A stretch of DNA of 64,000 nucleotides from Candidatus Gaiellasilicea maunaloa. GTDB lineage: Bacteria; Actinomycetota; Thermoleophilia; Gaiellales; Gaiellaceae. The stretch is from contig JANDLU010000008.1 of assembly GCA_024330215.1 (NCBI GenBank), positions 1,022 to 65,021 on the forward strand. Direction: 5' to 3'. Positions 1-9,196 of the stretch are shown here, in pieces. The notes under the pieces were generated by a model. The model saw nothing but the letters and a program-made list of their open reading frames with translations. It ran no database searches and was not told where the DNA came from. Within the stretch, counting starts at the first letter, position 1, and the number at the start of each line of letters is the position of its first letter. The translations under genes and the position numbers were made by a program.

Positions 1-24
1 TACGCCGACGCGATCCATGACCGA

Positions 25-672
25 GTGAAGAATCTCGACCGCGGGGTCGACTTCGGGTTCCGGATCGAGCACGAACAGCTCGAGCGGTTCGGCGAGGGAA
101 TGCGCCTCCTGCATCTTCATCCCGGCGTTCTCTCACACGGTCTCGACGAGGCGACGCGGCTTCGAGCTATCGCCGCGCTGATCATGGAGCTCGAGGCGGC
201 GCTGGAAACCGGGGCTCCGCCGCAGGCGGGCTTCGAGTTCCCCGAGATCAACCTCAGCACGAGAATCGAGCTCAGCGCGGTCGCGCCGACGTCCACGATC
301 GTCCCCGCGCGCGGCGGCGTGATCGGCGGCCCGGCCATCGGCGCTTTCCGACCGGAGGCGATGTTCGCGGACATCGTCGACCGCGTGATCGACAAGCTCG
401 AGAAGGGACAAGCCGTCGACGTCGTGTGGGGCGCCGAGCCGGTACTCGTCGTCGAGATGTCGCAGAGCGATCTTACGAGCGAGCTGCGGCACAAGGATTT
501 CTACGTCCCCGAGTTCGAGGCGACGCTCGACGCGAAGCTCACCGACTTCCACGGATACGGCGTGGTCGCCTTCTGCGAGACAGTGGACTGGGGCAAGCGG
601 CTCGTCCCGCACTTCCTCCGCGTCGACCCTGCCGTCACCGATACCGCGACCGCGCACCTGCTCTTCCCGTAA
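25..672 (+). CDS. hypothetical protein (frame is open back to position 1, so it may be truncated by the window edge)
   Basis: 215-aa ORF with protein-like, non-Arg-biased composition. No motif recognised. Codons 1-24 in the same frame have no stop. Confidence 0.4.
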   Translation: MKNLDRGVDFGFRIEHEQLERFGEGMRLLHLHPGVLSHGLDEATRLRAIAALIMELEAALETGAPPQAGFEFPEINLSTRIELSAVAPTSTIVPARGGVIGGPAIGAFRPEAMFADIVDRVIDKLEKGQAVDVVWGAEPVLVVEMSQSDLTSELRHKDFYVPEFEATLDAKLTDFHGYGVVAFCETVDWGKRLVPHFLRVDPAVTDTATAHLLFP

Positions 673-737
673 CGACCTCGGCGGGGCGCTGGGGATACCC
701 TGGCCGGGTGGCGGTAAGGAACACGTTCAAGTTCACG

Positions 738-1373
738 ATGGGCGAGGTCTTCCCGGCGGACGATCCCGTCGCGCGGTGGCTTGTGACGATGTCCATCGGC
801 CTCAACGACGTGCTCCACTCGAACGGGCTGATGGTGCAGGCGGAGAAGGATTACGAGGATCTCTACTACTTCCGGTTGGCCAGCGCGCACCTCTGGGAGG
901 TTGCCAAGTTGATCACCGCGAGCTACGACTCGTGGCCGGAGATCCAGGCGTTCGTCGCCGAGCTCGCAGACCCGGCGCACGAGCATTTCGAGGCGATAGG
1001 GACGATCGCCACGACCGGGGACGTCGCCTCCATCGGCACCGAGCTCGTTCAGGTGCGCGACCTGTTCTCGCACTACCAGGAGATGGACGAGCAGGGCCGT
1101 GAGAATCCCCGCGATCCGATCACGAAGGCGATGGCGGCGCTCGTCGACGAGGAGATCGAACTCGAGATCGGCGAGGAGGTGCACGAGTTGCGGCTCAGCT
1201 ACGGCGACGCCGTGATCGCGCAGACTGTGATGCGGCTCATCCCCGAGGAGGACATGCAGAAGCACGTGCTCGGCGCGTTCGCCGAGGGCGTCGGCCACGT
1301 CGCGCAATTCGTCCAGATTGCCCTCAACGCCCGGCTCGAGCCGCGCAAAGACACGCTCGAGCGGATCAAGTAG
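738..1373 (+). CDS. hypothetical, probably all-helical protein
   Basis: ATG at 738 ('MGEVFPADDPVARWL...'), with an alternative GTG at 708. The part of the ORF-track frame upstream of this (426-737) is Arg-rich shadow sequence overlapping the previous gene. No motif recognised. Confidence 0.45.
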   Translation: MGEVFPADDPVARWLVTMSIGLNDVLHSNGLMVQAEKDYEDLYYFRLASAHLWEVAKLITASYDSWPEIQAFVAELADPAHEHFEAIGTIATTGDVASIGTELVQVRDLFSHYQEMDEQGRENPRDPITKAMAALVDEEIELEIGEEVHELRLSYGDAVIAQTVMRLIPEEDMQKHVLGAFAEGVGHVAQFVQIALNARLEPRKDTLERIK

Positions 1374-1510
1374 GCATCCGAATCCGCTTGTGCGTCCGAC
1401 GCCGCCGGACACTCGCGCTCTGCGCGTGCGGCCCGAGCCTCGCCCAGTGCCGCGCACAGACGGATGTGCTCGGGCGCGTGTCCGGACACGGCTCTGGCGG
1501 ATAGCGCGAG

Positions 1511-3220
1511 TCAGTCGCCAGGAATGGCGGCGGGATCCTCGAACTCGAACGTCAACTGTTCGTCTTTGGCGAGCGGCGAAGCTGCCACTGCGACGGGCTC
1601 ACCCGCGGTCGGCGTGTAGATCAGCTTCGGGTCACGGATCTTCTGCCGACCCTCGCGCTCCCAGAAGTTAATCGGGCTGATCTGCTCTGATCGGGTGCTC
1701 GTCCACGTGCTGAGGTCGAGCGTGAACGCCGCGAACTTTCGGCCTGCATACGTCTCGCCGCCGCGTTTGGTCGAGAGCGTGTCAACACGATGGATGAACC
1801 GAAGGTCGGCCAGCGCCTCCACGTCCTTGCCCCAATCCTCCTCCTGGAGCTTCGTCGTCTCGACGAGGAAGACGTTCGTTCGGCGGGTCTCCACGCAGAA
1901 GCGGACGATCTCGGAGAGGCGAGACCGGAGTGCCTCGGCCTCGTCTCCGGCATCCTGCTTGAGTTCCTCCTGCTTCTGCCCGTAGAGGTCTGTAGCAGCC
2001 TGCGCGACGTCCTCCGCCGTGATTCGATTCTTCACGCGCCATTGATGCGAGGGACGCTCCGTGGCGTTGCGTAGCGCACGGCGCACGAGCGAGAGGTAGT
2101 CGCGCGCGACCCCTCCTGACGCAAGTACGAGCCGCTCGCGTCCGCCGTCGGTGAGGAGTCGGTTGAGCTCGATTCCGAGCGGGGTGGAGATCCCTGAAAG
2201 CACGCGCTCGAGGAACTGCTTTGCGACCTCGAACCGCTCCAGCGTGATGTCCAAGGGGATCGTCCCGGCGTCGTGCTCTGGCTGCATCCCGACAGGGGGG
2301 TCACCGGCGGCGTATGGCCTCAGAAGTCGGCGCACCCCGCACACCTTGAGGCTGATGTCGAGGCCCTTAACGATCTGGTGCAGGTACGCGAGAACGTCGG
2401 GCTGGTCGTCGAGAGGTATGTGGTAGAAGTCGTCGAGGACGACGAGGGTCGGCACTTCGAGCTCCTTCTGAGCCTCGCCGAGAACGTCGCGAATAAGGAT
2501 TGCCGCCTCCACGAGCCCGTCCATCTTCGTCTTCTCGAATTTCGCCGCGACCGTCGCCTGCGCCGTTTCGTGTTTCTCGTCAGTGCGGTCGATTTGGCCT
2601 GCGGCGGTGGCGGTCGCCTTGGCGCCGTGGGCCTGCGCCCCGAGCTGACCGCTCCCGCCGAGCGACCATCCCTTCTTGGCCTGGCTTGCCTGCGACCGGA
2701 GTGTGCTTACGGTGTGCTCGGCCAGCTGGGGCGCTTGTAGAAGCTGGCTCATCGCGCTGGCCAAGTCGCGTACCCGGCGGCGAAGCTTTCGCCTTTTCCA
2801 CGACGTGAACCTCCCGTCGGCGCGCAGCCTCTCCTCCAAGTGGTCAAGCAATTCCTTGAGGAGCTCGATCAGGACGTCCGGGTACGGCCGTCCGCGCAGC
2901 GTCTCGATGTCGACGAAGATCACCGCGCGGTTGTTCTCCGAACCGACCGCGGCCACGCGGTGCAGAAGGGTGGACTTTCCGACACCCCGGCGTCCGTAGA
3001 CGAATTGGTGACGGCGGGCTGAGACCTCTTCGAGGATGCCCGGCCGCGGCGGAACGAATCTTGCTGCCGTTGCTTCGGTTGCGCGCTCGGCTTCGGCAAG
3101 CGCCGGGAGAAGGCGAATCACGTCCTCGTCGCTGATCGCCGCGTTGCCGTTCGTTTCTTCTGCCACGCTCCGATGATATGCCCACCAGATGCGGTCATTC
3201 GGCGACGTAGTCGCCGGCAC
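1511..3220 (-). CDS. P-loop NTPase of unknown family (AAA/ORC-like), divergent from pglW
   Basis: Walker A 'GRRGVGKSTLL'. Walker B-like 'TLVVLDDFYH' lies ~180 aa later, with an Ala/Gln/Gly-rich insert between them. The ORF-track start (3490) gives an Arg-rich N-terminus overlapping the pglW start, so I place the start at GTG 3220 (alternative GTG 3166). The start is uncertain. Confidence 0.6.
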   Translation of the reverse strand: MPATTSPNDRIWWAYHRSVAEETNGNAAISDEDVIRLLPALAEAERATEATAARFVPPRPGILEEVSARRHQFVYGRRGVGKSTLLHRVAAVGSENNRAVIFVDIETLRGRPYPDVLIELLKELLDHLEERLRADGRFTSWKRRKLRRRVRDLASAMSQLLQAPQLAEHTVSTLRSQASQAKKGWSLGGSGQLGAQAHGAKATATAAGQIDRTDEKHETAQATVAAKFEKTKMDGLVEAAILIRDVLGEAQKELEVPTLVVLDDFYHIPLDDQPDVLAYLHQIVKGLDISLKVCGVRRLLRPYAAGDPPVGMQPEHDAGTIPLDITLERFEVAKQFLERVLSGISTPLGIELNRLLTDGGRERLVLASGGVARDYLSLVRRALRNATERPSHQWRVKNRITAEDVAQAATDLYGQKQEELKQDAGDEAEALRSRLSEIVRFCVETRRTNVFLVETTKLQEEDWGKDVEALADLRFIHRVDTLSTKRGGETYAGRKFAAFTLDLSTWTSTRSEQISPINFWEREGRQKIRDPKLIYTPTAGEPVAVAASPLAKDEQLTFEFEDPAAIPGD

Positions 3221-3455
3221 CAAGTGGCTGACGATCTCGCCGCTGATGGCCGCCTCGCTCAACGTGCCACTGCTCTTGCGTCGGCGAAGGAGTCTCGTAC
3301 GTCCGCGACGAGCTGCATGAGCGCGTCGAAGCTTGAGCGGTCCCGCGCCTACTGCCGCGATAGCCCAGAGGTGTCTACGGCCTGCGACACGGCTTCTAGC
3401 CTTAAAGCGGTCGTAAGCCACCGGCCGTCGAAGTGCCGAATATCCTGCGGACTCG

Positions 3456-6400
3456 ATGAAAGCCGACTCGTCCCGCTGGACCGAGATCACCCCGACGCAG
3501 TACCCGTGGGAGCGGGAGGCGATCGACTACGTCCGCGAGAAGCTTCCCGACCACGATCCATACCGCGGCTTCGCACTCTTCGAGTTCATCGCCTCGAACG
3601 GCTCGATCAACGAGGTGGACCTGCTAGCCGTCGTTCCGAGCGGCATCTATCTGATCGAGATCAAGAGCTGGCCCGGGGTGGTCGGCGGCGACCAGCGTGA
3701 CTGGGTGCGCGAGCAGGAAGGTAGACGGCCACGGTACGACGAGAATCCGCTTCTGGGCGCCGATCGCAAGGCGAAGCGTCTCGCGTCGCTACTCGCGCAA
3801 CAGCCGTCGGTTCGCAAAGCCAAAGCGCGGATTCCGTTCATCCAGCCGCTCGTGTTCCTCTCCCATCCGGACGTCGTCTGCAAACTGCCGCCGTTCGCGC
3901 GCCAGCACGTGTACCTCCGGGACGAGTCGCCGGAAGGACGCGACCGTGAAGGCATCATCTCGGCCCTTACGCAGAGCGAACCACGCCGTGTCGATCGACC
4001 CATGCTCCAGCTGGTTCTGCGTGCGCTAAACGAGGCAGGCGTGCGGCCGTCTAGACGAAAGCGCCAAGTCGGCGACTTCGTCGTCGGCGAGCTCCTTGCA
4101 GAAGGCCCCGGCTACCAGGATTTCAAGGCCGCGCACACTTCTCTCGACGATCTCGCCAGAGTACGGATCTACGGCCTCGACAAGGAGCGCCCCGCAGACG
4201 AGCACGAGGCCATCCGCCGGGCAGCAAGGCGCGAGTACGAACTCATCGGCGCTCTCGCCCATCCCGGGTTCGACAGCCCGCGGCTGTACACCGAGACCGA
4301 GACCGGGCCGGCGCTGGTGTATCACCTCGACGAGAGCGCCGAACGCCTCGACACCTACCTCGCGACGCGCGCAGATCAACTCTCTTTCGAGGATCGCGTC
4401 GGCCTGGTCAGGCAACTTGCGGAGACCCTCGACTACGCACACCGGAAGAACATCGTCCACAGGTCGCTCAGTCCATTCAGCATCGATGTCGCCAGTCCCG
4501 ACTCGATCATCCCGACGCTTCGCCTTCGCGACTGGCACGCGGGCTTCCACCTCGACGCGACTGGAGGGCACACGCGCGGCGTCACGTCTCACGCCTCGCT
4601 TCTCGTGCCCGATCCTGCACAGATTTACCTGGCACCCGAGGCGCTCCGGCTGGGAGACGAGGCAGACAGCTCCGTCGACTCCTTCTCGTTCGGCACCGTC
4701 TCGTATCTGATCCTGACGGGGCGCGAGCCAGCAGCGACTCATCAGGAGCTCCTCGAACGCGCTCAGACCGGGCTCAGCCTCACCGCTGTCATCGACGGCG
4801 TCCCGGACTCGCTCGAGCTCCTCGTGCAGGCTGCGACCCTCGGCGACGTGAGCGCGCGTCCGGCGAGCATGGCCGACGTCCTCGCACTGCTCGACGACGT
4901 CGACGACGAGTTCGAGCGCGGCACCGAGGAGATCGCCGACCCAGCTACGGCGACAACCGGCGACGAACTCGGCTCGGGCGTCACCGTGGTCGAGCGTCTC
5001 GGTGCCGGGGCAACGGCGTACGCGATGCTCGTTGAGCGGGACGGCGTCGAGCTCGTCCTCAAGGTCGCACGTTCGTCGGAGCACAACGATCGTCTGCGAG
5101 ACGAGGGTGAAGTCGTCAAGCAGCTCAGCCACTCATGCCTCGTCCGTCTCTGGGACGTGGTGGAGGTCGGCGACAGGGTGGGCCTACTCCTCTCGAACGC
5201 TGGAACTCCCACGCTGGGCGCGCTCCTTCGTGAAACCGGTCGGCCGCACCTCGACATGCTCGAGCGATGGGGATCCGACCTCCTCGAGGCCGTCGGCTAC
5301 CTCGAGTCGATGGGAATTCCGCACCGCGACATCAAGCCCGACAACCTCGGAGTCGCAGAACGACCCGGTAACCGCGAGCGACACCTCGTGCTGTTCGATT
5401 TCTCGCTGGCACGCGCACCTGCGGACAACATCCGCGCCGGCACGACGGGCTACCTCGACCCGTTCCTCTCCTCGCGCGGTACCTGGGACCTACACGCCGA
5501 CCGTTGGTCAACCGCCGTGACGCTGTACCAGATGGCAACCAGCGATGTGCCACGATTCGGCGACGGTCGCAGCGAGCCCGCGGCCATCGACAGCGAAGCG
5601 GAAATCGCCGAGCACAGCTTCGACGTGTCGGTCGCGCCCCAGCTCACAGCGTTCTTCCGGAAGGCCTTCCGTCGGAGTGCTGTGGAACGCTTCGACACCA
5701 CTGAGGAGATGCTGCGCGCCTGGCGCGAAGCCTTCGAGCAGGTCGACGTGTCCACGACGGGTCACGACGAGGAAGTCGAATTCGACGCCGCCCAGGTCGC
5801 TTCCCGGGCGTCACTGGATGATCCGATCGTCGCCCTGGGCGTGCCGGGGAGGGCATCGGAGCTCCTCGAACGCATCGGAGCCTCGAAGGTCCGTGATGTG
5901 CTGAACGTCGACGTCGTAGAACTCAGCCGGACTTCTGGTGTCGGGAATCAAACGCGGCGGGTGGCCCGAGACCTCGTGCGGGCGCTCCGCGAGCGGTTCG
6001 CCGATCAGATCGCCGTGAACGACGAATCGCTTAGCGTCGATCTCCTCGTGCAGAAGTTGATCCCCCGCGGCCCGGACAAGAAGCAGGAGCGATTCTGCGA
6101 GGCGATCCTCGGGCTGGCGCAAGCAACATTGGTGGACGACGTGACCTCGAGCGATGGTGCCTGGGCACCAGTTTCGACGGTCGCTGAGGGCCTTTCCCTC
6201 TCCCCTGACGAGGTGGCGAGCGCTGTCGACGTCGCGCGCGGCCGCTGGCTTCGGACTCCCGCGCTGACAACGGTGCGACGAGATATCGAGACGGCGCTGG
6301 CCAGCGAGGGAGGCGTGCTCACCGTCGACGAGCTGGCCACGGCGCTTCTCGCACGCCGTGGGTCCGCCCGATCTTCCGACGAGCGGCTTCTCAATGCTGC

Positions 6401-7598
6401 GGCGGTCGTGCGTGCGGCACTCGAGGCCGAGACGGGACGGAAGGACGCGCGGTTCGTGCTCCATCGGCACTCCGGTCGACCAATCGTCGCGTCAACCGTG
6501 AACGAGTTCGACGAGCCAATCGATGGGATCGCTGTTGCCGCGTACGCAGCTGCACTGGGTGAGCGCGCGGATGCGCTCGCCGAGGCCGATCCTCCGCTCC
6601 CGCCGACTCGCGTCGTCGAGGAACTGCGCTCGATGTCTGCTCCAGAAGGCGGCATCACTTTGCCCGACTCCCGGCTCGTCCGTCTCGCCGCGGCGGCCTC
6701 GGCAAGCGCGGCCGTCTCCGGTCGGCTGGAGCTCTACCCTCGCGGCCTGCCCGCGGGGCGCGCGCTCACTCTTGCTCGGGGAGCGCTCCTTGCGCTTGGC
6801 CAGGCTCTACCAGATGCCATAGCCCGCCGAGTAGCGAGTCGATTCCCGGACGCGGAGCCGCTTCCCGGCCGTCCTGAGCTCGACCGTCTGCTCCAGGCGG
6901 CAGGAGTCGAGCTCGTCTGGGACGAGGAACGCGAGGCGTATATGCCCGCCGAACCGACCCTCACGGGCACGTCGTCACGTCATGTGCGCCGACCCACCAC
7001 GCTTGAAGGCGCACCCGAGTACGAGGACCCGGAGGTGCTCGACGCAGCGCAGTTCGAGCGCCGACTTGAGACCTCGACAAGGCGGGGCGGATTCCTTTGC
7101 CTCGTCGGGCACGACCGATCGCTCGACGACATCCGCGACGAGTTGGCCCGCCGCTTCGACGCGCAGCACGTCAGCCTCGACCGGCTGCTCATCCATCATC
7201 TTCGGCTTGCTGCCGGTCGCAGGAACGTCGTCTGGCAGACCGTTGTCGATGCGGATGCCGCGACTCGCGATTCGCGCGCGTGGGGCAACCTGCAACAACT
7301 GTTCGTTGAAGCGGTCGAGCGTGCCGAAGGAGAGCTGCTCGCCTACGAAGGCACGGTGCTCGCCACGGATCCGGGGCTGCTCGCACGGTACGGTCAGCTG
7401 GAGATGATCGACAGACTTCGCGACCGCGCCGGCTCGAGCGGGTGGAGTCTTTCGACTCTGTGGCTGCTCGTGCCTGACGACAACCAATCAGATCGCCCCG
7501 CGATCGACGGCCAAGCCATCCCGATTATCGGTGCAGGCCAGTGGGCACGCGTACCTTCGGCTTGGATCGAGAATCGGCACCGCGGGAGAGCGGCATGA
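3456..7598 (+). CDS. pglW: BREX type 2 (Pgl) serine/threonine kinase PglW: NERD-like N-terminus plus tandem kinase-like domains
   Basis: 1380 aa. NERD-like segment 'DLLAVVPSGIYLIEIKSWPG'. The first kinase-like domain has a degenerate catalytic loop 'IVHRSLSPFS'. The second has canonical 'HRDIKPDN', 'DFS' and 'GTTGYLDP'. Its stop overlaps the pglX ATG (ATGA at 7595-7598). It sits upstream of pglX-Y-Z. Confidence 0.85.
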   Translation: MKADSSRWTEITPTQYPWEREAIDYVREKLPDHDPYRGFALFEFIASNGSINEVDLLAVVPSGIYLIEIKSWPGVVGGDQRDWVREQEGRRPRYDENPLLGADRKAKRLASLLAQQPSVRKAKARIPFIQPLVFLSHPDVVCKLPPFARQHVYLRDESPEGRDREGIISALTQSEPRRVDRPMLQLVLRALNEAGVRPSRRKRQVGDFVVGELLAEGPGYQDFKAAHTSLDDLARVRIYGLDKERPADEHEAIRRAARREYELIGALAHPGFDSPRLYTETETGPALVYHLDESAERLDTYLATRADQLSFEDRVGLVRQLAETLDYAHRKNIVHRSLSPFSIDVASPDSIIPTLRLRDWHAGFHLDATGGHTRGVTSHASLLVPDPAQIYLAPEALRLGDEADSSVDSFSFGTVSYLILTGREPAATHQELLERAQTGLSLTAVIDGVPDSLELLVQAATLGDVSARPASMADVLALLDDVDDEFERGTEEIADPATATTGDELGSGVTVVERLGAGATAYAMLVERDGVELVLKVARSSEHNDRLRDEGEVVKQLSHSCLVRLWDVVEVGDRVGLLLSNAGTPTLGALLRETGRPHLDMLERWGSDLLEAVGYLESMGIPHRDIKPDNLGVAERPGNRERHLVLFDFSLARAPADNIRAGTTGYLDPFLSSRGTWDLHADRWSTAVTLYQMATSDVPRFGDGRSEPAAIDSEAEIAEHSFDVSVAPQLTAFFRKAFRRSAVERFDTTEEMLRAWREAFEQVDVSTTGHDEEVEFDAAQVASRASLDDPIVALGVPGRASELLERIGASKVRDVLNVDVVELSRTSGVGNQTRRVARDLVRALRERFADQIAVNDESLSVDLLVQKLIPRGPDKKQERFCEAILGLAQATLVDDVTSSDGAWAPVSTVAEGLSLSPDEVASAVDVARGRWLRTPALTTVRRDIETALASEGGVLTVDELATALLARRGSARSSDERLLNAAAVVRAALEAETGRKDARFVLHRHSGRPIVASTVNEFDEPIDGIAVAAYAAALGERADALAEADPPLPPTRVVEELRSMSAPEGGITLPDSRLVRLAAAASASAAVSGRLELYPRGLPAGRALTLARGALLALGQALPDAIARRVASRFPDAEPLPGRPELDRLLQAAGVELVWDEEREAYMPAEPTLTGTSSRHVRRPTTLEGAPEYEDPEVLDAAQFERRLETSTRRGGFLCLVGHDRSLDDIRDELARRFDAQHVSLDRLLIHHLRLAAGRRNVVWQTVVDADAATRDSRAWGNLQQLFVEAVERAEGELLAYEGTVLATDPGLLARYGQLEMIDRLRDRAGSSGWSLSTLWLLVPDDNQSDRPAIDGQAIPIIGAGQWARVPSAWIENRHRGRAA

Positions 7599-7717
7599 TC
7601 GACTCGAGGAGATTATTGGCTGACTGCCAGGCGGTGGTGCGCGATCTCGAGCTCGACCTGCGTGAGCAGGTCAACCAACGCTCGGATCTAGCGAGCACCC
7701 TGGCGCGTGAGCCGCCC
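7595..7717 (+). pseudogene. pglX: pglX 5' fragment (codons 1-41), separated from the rest of the gene by an IS110-family insertion
   Basis: The ATG at 7595 overlaps the pglW stop. 'MIDSRRLLADCQAVVRDLELDLREQVNQRSDLASTLAREPP' then runs into IS sequence. It joins in frame to 9196 when 1478 bp are removed. Confidence 0.7.
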
Positions 7718-9196
7718 TGTGTCAACCTTCGTTTGCGATCAGGCGTTGCAGGTTGCCGTGTTGGGTGGGGTCGTAGGGTTTGCTGTCTTGCCAGATCCGC
7801 CAGAGGACGCGGAGCCAGGCGCGGCCGAGGATGCGGATCGCGTGGGGGTGGTCGCAGCCACGGGCGCGTGCTCGTGCGTAGACGTCGGCCGCCCAGGGGT
7901 GGTGGTGTCGGCTGGCGTCGGCGAGGGTGGCGACGGCGTCGCGGAGGTGTTTGTCGCAGGCGTAGCGGAAGCAGGCGACCTTGCGTTTCCCGGATTCGAC
8001 CGCGACCGGGCTCATGCCGGCGTCGGCGGCGAGCGTTTCGCTGTTGGGGTAGCGCTCTCGCCGATCGCCGATCTCGGCGAGCAGGCTTGCTGCGGTGACG
8101 ACGCTTTTCGGGTCGAGGAAGAGGGAGAGGAAGATCGGGCCGTCGGGATGGGCGCGGACGGCGCCGGCGATCTGGCTGGTCAGGAGGGTGATCTGGGCGA
8201 CGAGAGGCCGCAGGGCGGCGACGAGGCCGAGCACGGCTGCGCGTCGGGCTTCGAGCTCGAGCTCTCCCGCGGTGCCGGCGGGGGCGCGACGGAGCCGCTC
8301 GAGCAGCTCGGCGGGGCCTCGGCGGCCCGAGTAGCCGTGGCGGGCGAGGAAGCCGGCGAGGCGCTTGGCGCCGAGGTTGCGGGCGTCGGTCGGGCTTGGG
8401 TAGCGCTCGAGGAAGGCGAGCCCGATCGGCGAGTCGACGTCTGCGAAGATCTGGGCTGCTCCGGGCCAGAAGGCGTCCAGTTGGGCGCGCAGCTGGTTGG
8501 CGAGCGCGACCCGCGCCTGCACGAGGTCCTCGCGGGTGCGGCTGAGCGCCCTGAGCGCCTTCGTCTCGTCGCCGTCGGGACGCAGGACGCCGAAGCGGTG
8601 GCTGTCGGTGCGAGCAAGCTCGGCGAGCACGTAGGCGTCGAAGCCGTCCGACTTGCCGCCGCCGGCGCGGTAGCGGTCGCGGGTCGCTGCGACCTGGTTG
8701 GGATGGATCGCGACCACGCTCAAGCCCGCCTCGAGCAGCCGCTCGACGAGCAGTCCGTCCGGTCGTTCGAGCGCGACGCGCACGGCCCCCGCGGCGAGGA
8801 GCACGCGGCAGAGCGCCTTCAGCCCTTGCTCGCTGTGGGCGAAGCGCCGCTCGCTCGATCTGCGTCCCCGCTCGTCGACGACGCAGACTGCGTGCTCTTC
8901 GCTTGCCCAGTCGACACCGGCAGTCCTCTCCACGGTCGAACCTCCCTAACTCGGGTTGTTGGCGGCGAGGCCGGCCAGGAGGTACCGTCGCGGGTGCTCA
9001 TAGGCAGGCCCTCGTTGGGGCAACGCCCTGTTGCCGCTCCGGGTGCCTCACACCACTGGGAGGCGCTGGTCTCACGCGGGCCCTCTGCGGGGCAAGCATC
9101 GAGGGCGCTCTCCCGGCGGTGGTCAGCCTCACTTCACGCTCCGCACTCTCAGCGAGCGAACCCGCCCAAAGCAACGAAGCAAGCACAGGTTGCCCT
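7714..9196 (-). mobile_element. IS110-family insertion sequence (~1.47 kb) inside pglX. The coordinates include both copies of the shared GCCCT.
   Basis: Single transposase ORF. No long terminal inverted repeats. GCCCT is present at both junctions (7714-7718 and 9192-9196). A short inverted pair CCTGTG (7716-7721) / CACAGG (9184-9189) is present. Non-coding ends are asymmetric: 3 nt on one side and ~258 nt on the other. Confidence 0.8.
7722..8933 (-). CDS. IS110-family transposase (DEDD-type recombinase)
   Basis: 403 aa. N-terminal 'AGVDWASEEHAVCVVDERG' and central 'GGGKSDGFDAYVLAELARTD' are typical of IS110/IS1111 transposases. GTG start with GGGAGG 7 nt upstream. Confidence 0.9.
   Translation of the reverse strand: MERTAGVDWASEEHAVCVVDERGRRSSERRFAHSEQGLKALCRVLLAAGAVRVALERPDGLLVERLLEAGLSVVAIHPNQVAATRDRYRAGGGKSDGFDAYVLAELARTDSHRFGVLRPDGDETKALRALSRTREDLVQARVALANQLRAQLDAFWPGAAQIFADVDSPIGLAFLERYPSPTDARNLGAKRLAGFLARHGYSGRRGPAELLERLRRAPAGTAGELELEARRAAVLGLVAALRPLVAQITLLTSQIAGAVRAHPDGPIFLSLFLDPKSVVTAASLLAEIGDRRERYPNSETLAADAGMSPVAVESGKRKVACFRYACDKHLRDAVATLADASRHHHPWAADVYARARARGCDHPHAIRILGRAWLRVLWRIWQDSKPYDPTQHGNLQRLIANEG

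Noticed and set aside
1478-1489. Perfect 12-bp palindrome GTGTCCGGACAC between convergent genes, considered as a bidirectional terminator.
   Set aside because: It has no loop, so the effective stem is only ~4 bp, and there is no U-tract. It could equally be a protein-binding site or chance.
9031-9195. N-terminal 55 codons of the ORF-track pglX frame (start at 9031).
   Set aside because: This stretch lies inside the IS110 non-coding end. The native N-terminus is the 41 codons at 7595-7717. A truncated product started from within the IS cannot be excluded but is not supported.
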